A stretch of 64,000 nucleotides of DNA from Macrostomum hystrix (GCA_950097015.1 CATNEN010000001.1:25792001-25856000), one strand, 5' to 3'; counted from the stretch's first letter, positions 52,661-63,366 are shown. Made by a program: numbers and translations. Notes: generated by a model from the sequence alone, not told the origin.

Positions 52661-55600
52661 TCCACTATACTAAAAATGAAATGGTTGGTTGCTTGGTTGC
52701 TTGTAATTGATTTTCTTCCGAACGGCTCAACCGATTTTCACCATTTCTTCACCAAAAGATGCCAAATATGGGGACAATTTTACACGTATTTTTATTAAGC
52801 TTAACTTTATTGCCAAGGGGATTAAATATTCGAAAAACATGTTTTTTGACCATTTCAAAGGTCAAACTATCTTGGCCTATTGAGAATTTCATTCACTGAC
52901 TGCCACTGAATTAGAATTGCATCGTCAAATTGCGCAACAACCCCTAGCTGATTGAATTTGAAGCCTGCACTCTGGAGACAAATTTGAAATAAATTTACAC
53001 AACCAACTGCGAGACTGAGTGTACTCTATTTTCTTACTTCATTGTACAAAGCCAGAACTTTGAAAATTCATTTTATAAGGCTGATTTTTCACCCACTAAC
53101 CAACAGTCGGAATAGCCGATGTGTAGGCACTGGGAATAAGTTAGGCTAGGCTAGGGTTCGATTCTGCACTGCGTCAAATCATTTAGACGAATTTTTAGCC
53201 AGTAGTGATTGAAGATTATTTTAGTTTATTTTTTTCATTTCGTAAATAAAATATCATAAATCATAGCAAACCAGAGTTTGAATCAGTGCAACAATACAGT
53301 TTGAATCATGGCTAAACCAGAGTCTGAATCATGGCTAAACCAGAGTTTGAATCATGGCTAAACCAGAGTCTGAATCATGGCTAAACCAGAGTCTGAATCA
53401 TGGCTAAACCAGAGTCTGAATCATGGCTAAACCATAGTCTGAATCATGGCTAAACCAGAGTTTGAATCATGGCTAAACCAGAGTTTGAATCATGGCTAAA
53501 CCATAGTCTGAATCATGGCTAAACAAGAGTTTGAATCATGGCTAAACCAGCGTCTGAATCATGGCTAAACCAGAGTCTGAATCATGGCTAAACCAACGTT
53601 TGAATCATGGCTAAACCAGAGTTTGAATCATGGCTAAACCAGAGTCTGAATCATGGCTAAACCAGAGTCTGAATCATGGCTAAACCAGAGTTTGAATCAT
53701 GGCTAAACCAGAGTCTGAATCATGGCTAAACCAGAGTCTGAATCATGGCTAAACCAGAGTCTGAATCATGGCTAAACCAGAGTCTGAATCATGGCTAAAC
53801 CATAGTCTGAATCATGGCTAAACCAGAGTTTGAATCATGGCTAAACCAGAGTTTGAATCATGGCTAAACCAGAGTTTGAATCATGGCTAAACCATAGTCT
53901 GAATCATGGCTAAACAAGAGTTTGAATCATGGCTAAACCAGCGTCTGAATCATGGCTAAACCAGCGTCTGAATCATGGCTAAACCAGAGTCTGAATCATG
54001 GCTAAACCAACGTTTGAATCATGGCTAAACCAGAGTTTGAATCATGGCTAAACCAGAGTCTGAATCATGGCTAAACCAGAGTTTGAATCATGGCTAAACC
54101 AGCGTCTGAATCATGGCTAAACCAGAGTCTGAATCATGGCTAAACCAGAGTCTGAATCATGGCTAAACCAGCGTCTGAATCATGGCTAAACCAGCGTCTG
54201 AATCATGGCTAAACCAGAGTTTGAATCATGGCTAAACCAGAGTTTGAATATTGGCTACACCAGAGTTTGAATCATGGCTAAACCAGCGTCTGAATCATGG
54301 CTAAACCAGAGTTTGAATCATGGCTAAACCAGAGACTAAATCATGGCTAAACCATCATCATCAGCATGGCTAAACTAGAGTTTGAATCATGGCTAAACCA
54401 TCATCATCAGCATGGCTAAACTAGAGTTTGAATCATGGCTAAACCAGAGTTTGAATATTGGCTACACCAGAGTTTGAATCATGGCTAAACCAGAGTCTGA
54501 ATCATGGCTAAACTAGAGTTTGAATCATGGCTAAACCATCATTATCAGCATGGCTAAACTAGAGTTTGAATCATGGCTAAACCAGAGTTTGAATATTGGC
54601 TACACCAGAGTTTGAATCATGGCTAAACCAGAGTCTGAATCATGGCTAAACCAGAGTTTGAATCATGGCTAAACCAGAGTTTGAATCATGGCTAAACCAG
54701 ACTTTGAATCATAGCCAACCAGAGTTTGAATCTTGGCTAAACCAGAGTTTGAATCATGGCAAAAACCGAGTTTCAATCATGGCTAACCCAGCGTTTGAAT
54801 CATGGCTAAACCAGAGTTTGAATCATAGCCAACCAGAGTTTGAATCTTGGCTAAACCAGAGTTTGAATCAAAGCCAACCAGAGTCTGAATCATGGCAAAA
54901 CGAGAGTTTGAATCATAGCCCACCAGGGTTTAAAACATGGCGAAACCTGAGTTTGAATCTTGGCTAACCCAGCGTTTGAAAAATCAACGTCAACTGGGGA
55001 GTCATCATCAAAATAGGGATCATGGTGAACTGGGGGATCATGGTAAACTGGGGGATAATTGTCGACTGGGGGATCATTGTCAACTGGGGGATCATTGTCA
55101 ACTGGGGGATCATTGTCAACTGGGGGATCATTGTCAACTGGGGGATCATTGTCAAATGGGGGATCATTGTCAACTGGGGGATCTTTGTCAACTGGGGGTT
55201 CATTGTCAACTGGGGGTTCATTGTCAACTGGGGGATCATTGTCAACTGGGGGATCATTGTGAACTGAGAGATCAGTGTCAACTGGGGGGTAATGGTCAAC
55301 TGGGGGATAATTGTCAACTGGGGAATCATCATCAACTGGGGATCATCATCAACTGGGGGATCATTGAGAACTGGGGGATCTTTGTCAACTGGGGGATCAT
55401 TGTGAACTGGGGGATCTTTGTCAACTGGGGGATCATTGTATACTGTGGGATCATTGTCAACTGGGGGATCATTGTCAACTGGGGGATCATTGTCAACTGG
55501 GGGATCGTTGTCAACTGGGGGTTCATTGTCAACTGGGGGATCATTGTCAACTGGGGGATCATTGTCAACTGGGGGATCATCATCAACTGGGGGATCATTG

Positions 55601-56518
55601 TCAACTGGGGGAACATTGTCAACTGGAGGAACATTGTTAACTAGGGATCATCATCAATGGGGAGACTTCATCAACTGGGGGATCATTGTGAACTGGGGGA
55701 TCTTTGTTAACTGGGGGATCATTGTCAACTGGGGGATCATTCTCAACTGGGGGATCATTGTCAACTGGGGGATCATTTTCAACTGGGGGATCATCATCAA
55801 CTGAGGGATCATTGTCAACTGGGGGATCGTTGTCAACTGGGGGATCATTGTCAACTGGGGGATCATTGTCAACTGGGTGATCATCATCAACTGGGGGATC
55901 ATTGTCAACTGGGGGAACATTGTCAAATGGAGGAACATTGTTAACTGGGGATCATCATCAATTAGGAGACTTCATCAACTGGGGGATCATTGTGAACTGG
56001 GGGATCTTTGTTAACTGGGGGATCATTGTCAACTGGGGGATCATTGTCAACTGGGGGATCATTGTCAACTGGGGGATCATCATCAACTGGGTGATCTTTG
56101 TCAACTGGGGGATCATTGTCAACTGTGGGATCATTGTCAACTGGGGGATCATTGTCAACTGGGGGATCATTTTCAACTGGGGGATCATCATCAACTGGGG
56201 GATCATCATCAACTGGGTGATCATTGGGAACTGGGGGATCTTTGTCAACTGTGGGATCATTGTCAACTGTGGGATCATTGTCAACTGGGGGATCATTGTC
56301 AAATGGGGGATCATTGTCAACTGGGGGATCGTTGTCAACTGGGGGTTCATTGTCAACTGGGGGTTCATTGTCAACTGGGGGATCATTGTCAACTGGGGGA
56401 TCATTGTCAACTGGGGGTTTATTGTAGCTTTAAAAAGCTGTAAATTCAGCTGCTAAAAAGTATATACTAGACGAATTAAAAGTATTTCTGCTCCCCGAAG
56501 GGGGGCAAAACTTGCTAG
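52661..56518 (+). mobile_element. Helitron unit 8 (diverged type B)
   Basis: TCCACTATAC start, TGGTTGGTTGCTT microsatellite variant, CTAG|T end. Confidence 0.9.
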
Positions 56519-56717
56519 TTTTAATCTAAAATTGATTGCCAGCAACGCTTCGGTTTATTCAAGAGATTTTAAATCTAACAAATCTTCGACTTTCCTCTAA
56601 ACTCGGATGAGATCATTTTTCGTTGCTATCTATGAGTTACATATCATTTTAAAAGTATATTTTTACTCGTAAGAAAATTTACTGACTTTCTGTCCCGCTT
56701 AAACGCATATCGTACAG

Positions 56718-56930
56718 GTGCATCCCAACTCAATTCGAGCGACTCGATCCCAGCCTTGAGCAGGACCTGCTCAACGAACTCGGCACAAATCTGGGCACCG
56801 TGACCAGCCTAGTTGAGGGCACCCTGCTCACCGTCATAAAATTCCTGTGCATCATTCAGCCGGATGCTCCGTCTAGTCCGGAGCTCGGCGGCTTCGTCAC
56901 CGACGTGCTGCAAATGCCAGAAAGCGCGCT
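56718..56930 (+). pseudogene. RNF213: RNF213-like exon F (C-terminal domain), 3'-truncated
   Basis: TACAG|G acceptor; ...LLTVIKFLCIIQPDAPSSPELGGFVTDVLQM resembles RNF213 VEVTLGFLSTAGGDPNMQLNVYTQDILQM; no clear donor, frame closes at about 56946. Confidence 0.55.
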
Positions 56931-57209
56931 GTGGTTTCTCGGCTGATGGGCAGTGGTTTGTATTGGTCGACAGCTTGTTGTGGGTTGGCCATCCATTGCT
57001 TTCTAGCCAGCTTATTTTGTTCCCTTGTCCCTTCGCTTGTTCCCTTTTATAGCCAACTTGCAGCATTTTAGTATATAAGACTAGCATCCGCGCCCCCAAA
57101 AAATTAACCCGCAGCTTCACAGAGCCACCTTGCAGCAAACTTGCAGCAAACTTGCAGCATTTCGTTCACAACACTTGCATCCGCGCCCCTAAAAATGGTT
57201 TACCCGCAG

Positions 57210-57344
57210 CTCTACAGTCACCTTGGTGGCCATGGGAGCCACTAGTGTGCCCGGCGCTAGACTAATCACCTTGGTAACCGTGCTGATTTCAGTCGACCTA
57301 CCGCCTAATGACATCTCTCTCATCTTGGCCGTCGATTGGCTGCT
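57210..57344 (+). pseudogene. SLC1A: Orphan exon of a conventional EAAT-type SLC1 gene (HP2-TM8a)
   Basis: CCGCAG|C; STVTLVAMGATSVPGARLITLVTVLISVDLPPNDISLILAVDWLL matches canonical HP2/TM8a; donor |GTAAGC; 135 nt; no upstream exons present. Confidence 0.88.
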
Positions 57345-57738
57345 GTAAGCTTAAATCATAAGCGGAAGAGTGAGAAAAGCGTTAAAAAGGACTTTTATGC
57401 CTATCTTGTGATAATTTTAGTATTGTCCACATGTCATTAACTGTATAAAAACCACGTGGGTAATTTAAGTACCCACCGTTTTTTTCTTTACCTCTAATTA
57501 TATTCAATGAATTGCCATAAAAAACAGATACAGTGTCAAACTTTCCCTAAGCTTTCCAAAAAATAATTATATTTCTTGGGTCCTAAAACTTCAAGGAAAC
57601 GTAGTTTCCTGTCCTTCAACTCCTTGAGATAATTGTTCATGCGCCTGCTGTTGGTTCGCTATGCTTACTGCCCCTTGGTGCTTGCATCTCTGCTCTTGGT
57701 GCTTGGTCCTGCTCTTAGCATCAACAATGGGAGATTAT

Positions 57739-59896
57739 TCATATGGTACAAGAGGTAAACAATAAGCAAAATCACGAGTGGCGTAGCCACGAGTGATCTT
57801 TGCTTATTGTTTACCGATTGTACCATATGACTAAGCTTATTGTTACTGTGGTTTGGCATACTCGGCTTGAAGCATTATTTAACGCTGAAGCATTGTTTAA
57901 CGCCGATTGTTTAATGCCGATTGTTTAACGATGCCTCATCGAATCAGAAACGTTCTAGACTTCACTGAGTGTGTATTGTCTATGGCTACAACTGTGCCAT
58001 ATGGAGTGAAAAGCAGTAGAGGAATACATAGGTTGGACTCTGCTAAGCTGTGCCATAGACTATTGGAGCGAAAAGGAGTAGAGAAATGCAAAGGGTTTGC
58101 GTTTAACTACAAGTTATAAGTTTCACTGTCTGCACTGATTCCAAAAATGCATCTAATACATTGGAAAAACTTGCCGACCGACTCTTTTAACGGAGTATCT
58201 GCTAGCGAAATGGATTTTCTTTCAATGCTGAGTGCAACGGACCACTCGGAGGACGCTGATCTACTGGAATTTGTCAACTTCTTAGAAGATCCCGCCCGTG
58301 AAGATCAGTCGGTGCTGGACATATCATTACCGGATCTACCTGGTGACGCACCACTGTCGGTTGACGATCTCGATCGCATTGAAATCGATTCGCTACCCAA
58401 GACTACGCGAGAACAGATGTTCCAACATGGAAAAGCATTTGTGGAGTTTCTACGAAGACAAACTGAAGTGTCCCCTGAGACGATTTCGCAGACCATGCTG
58501 AATGAGTTTCTACGTTTCTACTACTTTTCGTTAAAGAAAGCTGACGGAGGAAGGTACGCACCTGCGTCCTTGGTTTGCATCCGTGCCGGCATTCAGCGCT
58601 ACTTTTGCATCGTTCTTAAGCGTTCTGTGGATATCATTTCTGGAGGAGACTTTGCTGCCGCTAATAGAATGCTACGCGTCAAAGTACGCGAATACAATGG
58701 ATCTGGTGCTGTCAGAAGACAATATCCGCCAATTGAGGAAGGAGACCTAGAGCGATTGCGGAAATACTTTGATAGAAGCACAGCAGAACGTGTTCAGGAT
58801 GAAGTGCTCTTCACATTACTCTATACATTAGGTGAGCGCGGCCAAGAACATCTTAAATATCTCAAGAAGAAGGGCACCTTGGTAGAAGGAATAGATGCTG
58901 ATAGCCAACCATATCTGAGCCTGCCAGATCTGCCAACGAAGAATCAATCGACTGATCCAACGCGTGCTAAGAACAACTCAGCAAAGCAAGCTCGCCTCTA
59001 TGGACAGCAGCGAGATCTTGTCGTCGACTACTTAAAGCTGCTACCGGAGAACACAAAATATTCATCCTTCTTTCCACGCCCACTGGCAAACGATGGAAGC
59101 GGTAACCTTCGTTTTTCAAGTAACCAGGTTAGAGGCATTAATTGGCTAGCTAACTTCATGCGTCACCTGAGCGAGATCTGCCAGTTGTCAAAAATGTACA
59201 CTAATCATTGTATCCGGGTCACGCGTATTTCGGATTTGCATGAATGTGGACACAAGCTGGACGAAATCATGACTATTACTGGGCAGAGGGCCAAGTCGAC
59301 TGTCCGGCGTTACTTGTCGAGAAGACGCGATCGGTCCATTAAACAAGTTTCGATTGCTGTAAGTAAAGCGCTGGAGCGACCACTAGCAACTACAAGTAAC
59401 TTGAATACCGATGTCAAGCCGTTATGCGACGGAGCTGCCGAAGGTGCTGACGATGTTGTAGCGCCAATGATGGTAATCGAGTCTAGCGTCGGAGCCTCTG
59501 CCACTAGTGCTGAGGCGGCGGAGCCGGGGATTGTGCATATGACAGCCAACGACAGCGAGAAAAAAACAACAGTCGTCCTAAATTTCAACGGAAAATTCGA
59601 AAACTGCAGCTTCCAAATCAAAGGGACGTAAGTCGCCAAGTTTCGTCATTTCAATATAGGGAATAAACTATATCGAGGTCCCATAACAATGTGAACGGAA
59701 TAGTAATATTTATTGCTTGTATTTTAAAACACGTTATTAGTTTTGTTAATGCGAAATGTTGTTTTGATTTGTTTTAATTCCAAAATATAACTCAATATAG
59801 CTAACCAATAGTCTATGGTTAAATCTGCGAAACATCGTTAAACAATCAACTTCTCTGTGAAACGTTGTTAGTATGCTAAACCATAGCAACAATAAG
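57739..59896 (+). mobile_element. Crypton-like tyrosine-recombinase DNA transposon
   Basis: Single YR ORF; 92-nt hairpin 57739-57830; 27-bp imperfect inverted repeats 57836-57862 and 59870-59896; 15-bp perfect inverted repeats 57919-57933 and 59833-59847; lies in an intron; exact ends inferred. Confidence 0.75.
58147..59631 (+). CDS. Crypton-type tyrosine recombinase (DUF3504; related to KCTD1/ZMYM/QRICH1 Crypton domains), 494 aa
   Basis: FLRFYYFSLKKADGGRYAPASL binding domain; catalytic R (GERGQE), K (TKN), HxxR (YTNHCIR), TGQ, Y (VRRY); C-terminal FENCSFQI; intronless and uninterrupted; real start could be ATG at 58210. Confidence 0.88.
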   Translation: MHLIHWKNLPTDSFNGVSASEMDFLSMLSATDHSEDADLLEFVNFLEDPAREDQSVLDISLPDLPGDAPLSVDDLDRIEIDSLPKTTREQMFQHGKAFVEFLRRQTEVSPETISQTMLNEFLRFYYFSLKKADGGRYAPASLVCIRAGIQRYFCIVLKRSVDIISGGDFAAANRMLRVKVREYNGSGAVRRQYPPIEEGDLERLRKYFDRSTAERVQDEVLFTLLYTLGERGQEHLKYLKKKGTLVEGIDADSQPYLSLPDLPTKNQSTDPTRAKNNSAKQARLYGQQRDLVVDYLKLLPENTKYSSFFPRPLANDGSGNLRFSSNQVRGINWLANFMRHLSEICQLSKMYTNHCIRVTRISDLHECGHKLDEIMTITGQRAKSTVRRYLSRRRDRSIKQVSIAVSKALERPLATTSNLNTDVKPLCDGAAEGADDVVAPMMVIESSVGASATSAEAAEPGIVHMTANDSEKKTTVVLNFNGKFENCSFQIKGT

Positions 59897-59919
59897 ACAC
59901 CTCTAAACAAACAATGCAA

Positions 59920-60124
59920 AGATTGCATTCGTACTTCTATTAATGTACTCGCCGACGCAGTTGGAGCCTGCATGGTGGCCCACTTGTGCAGCGAACAGGT
60001 GAAAGAGGACACCAACCCGATAAACTATTCGACCGACGCCGCAATCTTCAATGCCACTGCTTCCGAAATTGAAGCTCCACCGTTAGATAATGACGATAGC
60101 ACAACTTTAAACACCATTCGATGA
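59920..60124 (+). pseudogene. SLC1A: Last exon (TM8b and C-tail) of the decayed conventional EAAT-type gene
   Basis: DCIRTSINVLADAVGACMVAHLC vs canonical DRIRTSINVLGDAxGAGIVxHL; expected acceptor TGCAG reads TGCAA; R->C and G->A at conserved sites. Confidence 0.82.
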
Positions 60125-60492
60125 CATTTTTATTTGATACGTATGGATAAACTTGCTACTGAATATACCTTTTTCTTTAAAATACCAATGCATGTGGCTA
60201 CAATTGAAATGCTGCTGCATCTTCTGTGTAGTTTCAAAACTTAATTTACATTTTTTAATTGAAATCTAAAATTTAAATTCAAATGAAATAGTGTATGACG
60301 GGATGTCACATGTAAAATAACGAAATAACGAGTCGGCCCGCGAAACTTGTCTATGGTAATATAGAAGCATTCCGAGAGACGCGTCTATCTTTCTCAAGTA
60401 GAGACGGCCATAGTACGAGCGTACTCGTGCTCCTGTGTAGCGAATCTGCTCTGTTAAAATTGCTTGCACCAGATCTTGACACAGACTTCAAG

Positions 60493-60907
60493 ATGAGACG
60501 ATTCCAAGAAATCAAAGAAGAGAAAGTGCTTCCTGACTGGACACCACAGGAACTGAAGAAAATTGCCAAGGTGTATAATAAGCAAACATCGTCCATTTAT
60601 TATCTGGACCTAGAGTTACCAGAAAACCGCTCAAGGAGCCATTCGGAGACCTCGGAAAGTACTTGTACAACTGAAGTGAGCTCGAAGCAAAATCGAAAAT
60701 TTTCCTTCACTTGCCTGAAAAACCCAGACAATATTTTGCCAGCTCTCACACTGTTGTCAATGATTCTTGCTGTGCCAGTTGGCCTTTCGATTCACCGACT
60801 GGAGCCCAGCGAACTGACTGTCGAGCTTATCAGCCTACCGGGTGAATTGCTGATCAACATGCTCAACCTGATGGTTTTTCCGTTGCTTTTCTCCTCACTA
60901 GTGTCCG
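60493..60907 (+). CDS. SLC1A: Divergent SLC1A-like copy 2, exon 1
   Basis: First in-frame ATG (MRRFQEIKEE); near-identical to 1-386 at offset 60521; donor G|GTTCGT. Confidence 0.88.
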
Positions 60908-61024
60908 GTTCGTGCTTGCTCGTGCTTTTCTGTTTGATCATTTTTACTTTTAGCTCAGAACGTAAGTGAGCAAGCAGTCGAACAACAGTAGGGTTTGGGA
61001 GTGGGAGAAAGCTTCTACTAGGAA

Positions 61025-61440
61025 GTGGGGGTTTTGCAGCCAATTATAAATGAGCAGGGTTAGAGGTAAGAGGAGACACTCCACTCAGGACAGGGGTTGT
61101 TGCAGCCAATTATAAATTAGCAGGGTTAGAGGTAAGAGGAGACACTCCCTGAGGACAAGGGTTTTTGCAGCCAATTATAAATGAGCAGGGTTAGAGGTAA
61201 GAGGAGACACTCCCTGAGGCCAGGGGTTGTTGCAGCCAATTATAAATGAGCAGGATTAGAGGTAAGAGGAGACACTCCCTGAGGACAGGGGTTGTTGCAG
61301 CCAATTATAAATAAGCAGGATTAGAGGTGAGAGAAGACACTCCCTGAGGCCAGGGGTTGTTGCAGCCAATTATAAATGAGCTGGGCTAGAGGTGAGAGAA
61401 GACACTCCCTGAGGCCAGGGGTTGTTGCAGCCAATCATAA
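61025..61440. repeat. 65-bp minisatellite in intron 1 of copy 2, about 6-7 copies (about 1.5-2 in copy 1 at 505-592)
   Basis: GCAGCCAATT at 61167 and 61232 gives period 65. Confidence 0.92.
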
Positions 61441-61544
61441 AGCATCCGGGAGTTAGGAGCTCAATATTGCAACCTTAAAACGCCGTAAAAAATGCCAAAA
61501 TAAGTGTCCAAAAATTGACCTCTCACATTAAATTAAAACGCCAG

Positions 61545-61764
61545 GGTTCTCTAATCCGAAGATAAAATCTATAAGCCGGATTTGCGTCTTCATAATGGTA
61601 TATTTCTTCTTCTTGTGCTTGGCTGCTGTGTCAATCGGCATCATTCTAACGGTCATTATTCAGCCAGGCAACTATTACTTAAAAAAAGAACTCACGGCCA
61701 GAGGCTACGTGACCAATGAAAGCCAAAGCAGCGAAGTGCTTGAACATATGCTGGACCTAATACG
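61545..61764 (+). CDS. SLC1A: SLC1A-like copy 2, exon 2
   Basis: Same boundaries and phase as copy 1 exon 2; open frame. Confidence 0.9.
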
Positions 61765-61858
61765 GTGCGTTTCGAATTGTCTAATTAAAATTTGATGTTA
61801 AGAATATATTCTAAATCATATCGAACCATCCTTTGATTCTCGCTGGACTAGAATAAAA

Positions 61859-62495
61859 TAGCAATCCAAATCCCTTGATACCTTCTGTATGGAGTAGATT
61901 AGCAATCCAAATCCATTGATACCTTTTGCATGGAGTAGATTAGCAATCCAAATCCCTTGATACATTCTGCATGGAGTAGATTAGCAATTCAAATCCCTTG
62001 ATACCATCTGCATGGAGTAGATTAGCAATCCAAATCCCTTGATACATTCTGCATGGAGCAGATTAGCAATCCAAATCCCTTGATACATTCTGCATGGAGT
62101 AGATTAGCAATCCAAATCCCTTGATACCTTCTGCATGGAGTAGATTAGCAATCCAAATCCCTTGATACATTCTGCATGGAGCAGATTAGCAATCCAAATC
62201 CCTTGATACATTCTGCATGGAGTAGATTAGCAATCCAAATCCATTGGTACATTCTGCATGGAGCAGATTAGCAATCCAAATCCCTTGATACATTCTGCAT
62301 GGAGCAGATTAGCAATCCAAATCCCTTGATACATTCTGCATGGAGCAGATTAGCAATCCAAATCCCTTGATACCTTCTGCATGGAGTAGATTAGCAATCC
62401 AAATCCCTTGATATCTTCTGCATGGAGTAGATTAGCAATCCAAATCCCTTGGTGCTTACTGCATGGAGTAGATTAGCAATCCAAATCCCTTGGTG
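61859..62495. repeat. 41-bp minisatellite, about 15 copies, intron 2 of copy 2
   Basis: Same monomer family as 1008-5256. Confidence 0.95.
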
Positions 62496-62581
62496 CTTAC
62501 AATACAGAGTCGACCAATAATAAATAAACTTACAGCTTATATTATCATTTGATTCTCACTGCATGAAGTGCCACATTTCAG

Positions 62582-62709
62582 AAACATTTTCCCAGATGAC
62601 TTACTTCAAGCAGCATTTCGCAAAAATAACTTTACTGTAAAATACAGCAATGACACAAATGGCTTAGTGCAGATCGAGAATAATTATGTTGAAGGGATGA
62701 ACTTGCTGG
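62582..62709 (+). CDS. SLC1A: SLC1A-like copy 2, exon 3
   Basis: RNIFPDDLLQAAFRKNNFTVKYSNDT...EGMNLL; AG/GT intact. Confidence 0.9.
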
Positions 62710-62785
62710 GTAAGTTTTAAGTATCCTGATATGCTCAGTTTAATAATTGGCCTGTCACTAAGCCGCAACCCAACCCCAATTTCAG

Positions 62786-62912
62786 CTTGCGTCAGTTTCT
62801 CAATTTTCTTCGGTTCGGCAATAAAACGCTTGTCAAATCACACGGGAGACCTGATTGACCTGATGGTTGCCATCAACGACACTTGCTGCATGATGGTGCG
62901 GGTCATAACTTG
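62786..62912 (+). CDS. SLC1A: SLC1A-like copy 2, exon 4
   Basis: ACVSFSIFFGSAI...VITW; AG/GT intact. Confidence 0.88.
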
Positions 62913-62948
62913 GTGAGTCCTTGGTGCAATCTCATGACCAAAAAAGCA

Positions 62949-63366
62949 ACTGACCCAATCTCTAACTGACCCAATCTCTAACTGACCCATCTCTAACTGA
63001 CCCAATCTATAACTGACCCATTCTATAACTGACCCATCTCTAACTGACCCAATCTATAACTGACCCATTCTCTAACTGACCCAATCTCTAACTGACACAA
63101 TCTCTAACTGACCCATTCTATAACTGACCCATCTCTAACTGACCCAATCTATAACTGACCCATTCTCTAACTGACCCAATCTCTAACTGACCCAATCTCT
63201 AACTGACCCATTCTATAACTGACCCATCTCTAACTGACCCATTCTCTATCTGACCCAATCTCTAACTGACCCAATCTCTATCTGACCCAATCTCTAACTG
63301 ACCCATTCTCTATCTGACCCAATCTCTAACTGACCCAATCTCTATCTGACCCAATCTCTAACTGAT
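62949..63366. repeat. 15/16-bp minisatellite, about 26 copies, intron 4 of copy 2
   Basis: Same monomer family as 7091-8686. Confidence 0.95.

Larger units (their letters stand above)
20686..56518 (+). mobile_element. Head-to-tail array of eight non-autonomous, satellite-bearing Helitrons
   Basis: Each unit starts TC(CT/C)ACTATACTAAA and ends with hairpin GCTCCCCGAAGGGGGGC then AAAACTTGCTAG; junctions are CTAG|TC; array sits between host A (20685) and T (56519) with no TSD; no Rep/helicase seen. Confidence 0.93.

Noticed and set aside
22745-56456. Dozens of repetitive ORFs (GDHCQL, WGIIVN, STGGSL, MIPQLT, DNDPPV repeats)
   Set aside because: Translations of the 18-bp satellite, open in most frames on both strands, with single-base indels shifting frame freely; no coding constraint.
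20686-56518. CRISPR array or similar repeat-spacer system
   Set aside because: Monomers are directly adjacent with no unique spacers, no cas genes, and the context is eukaryotic.
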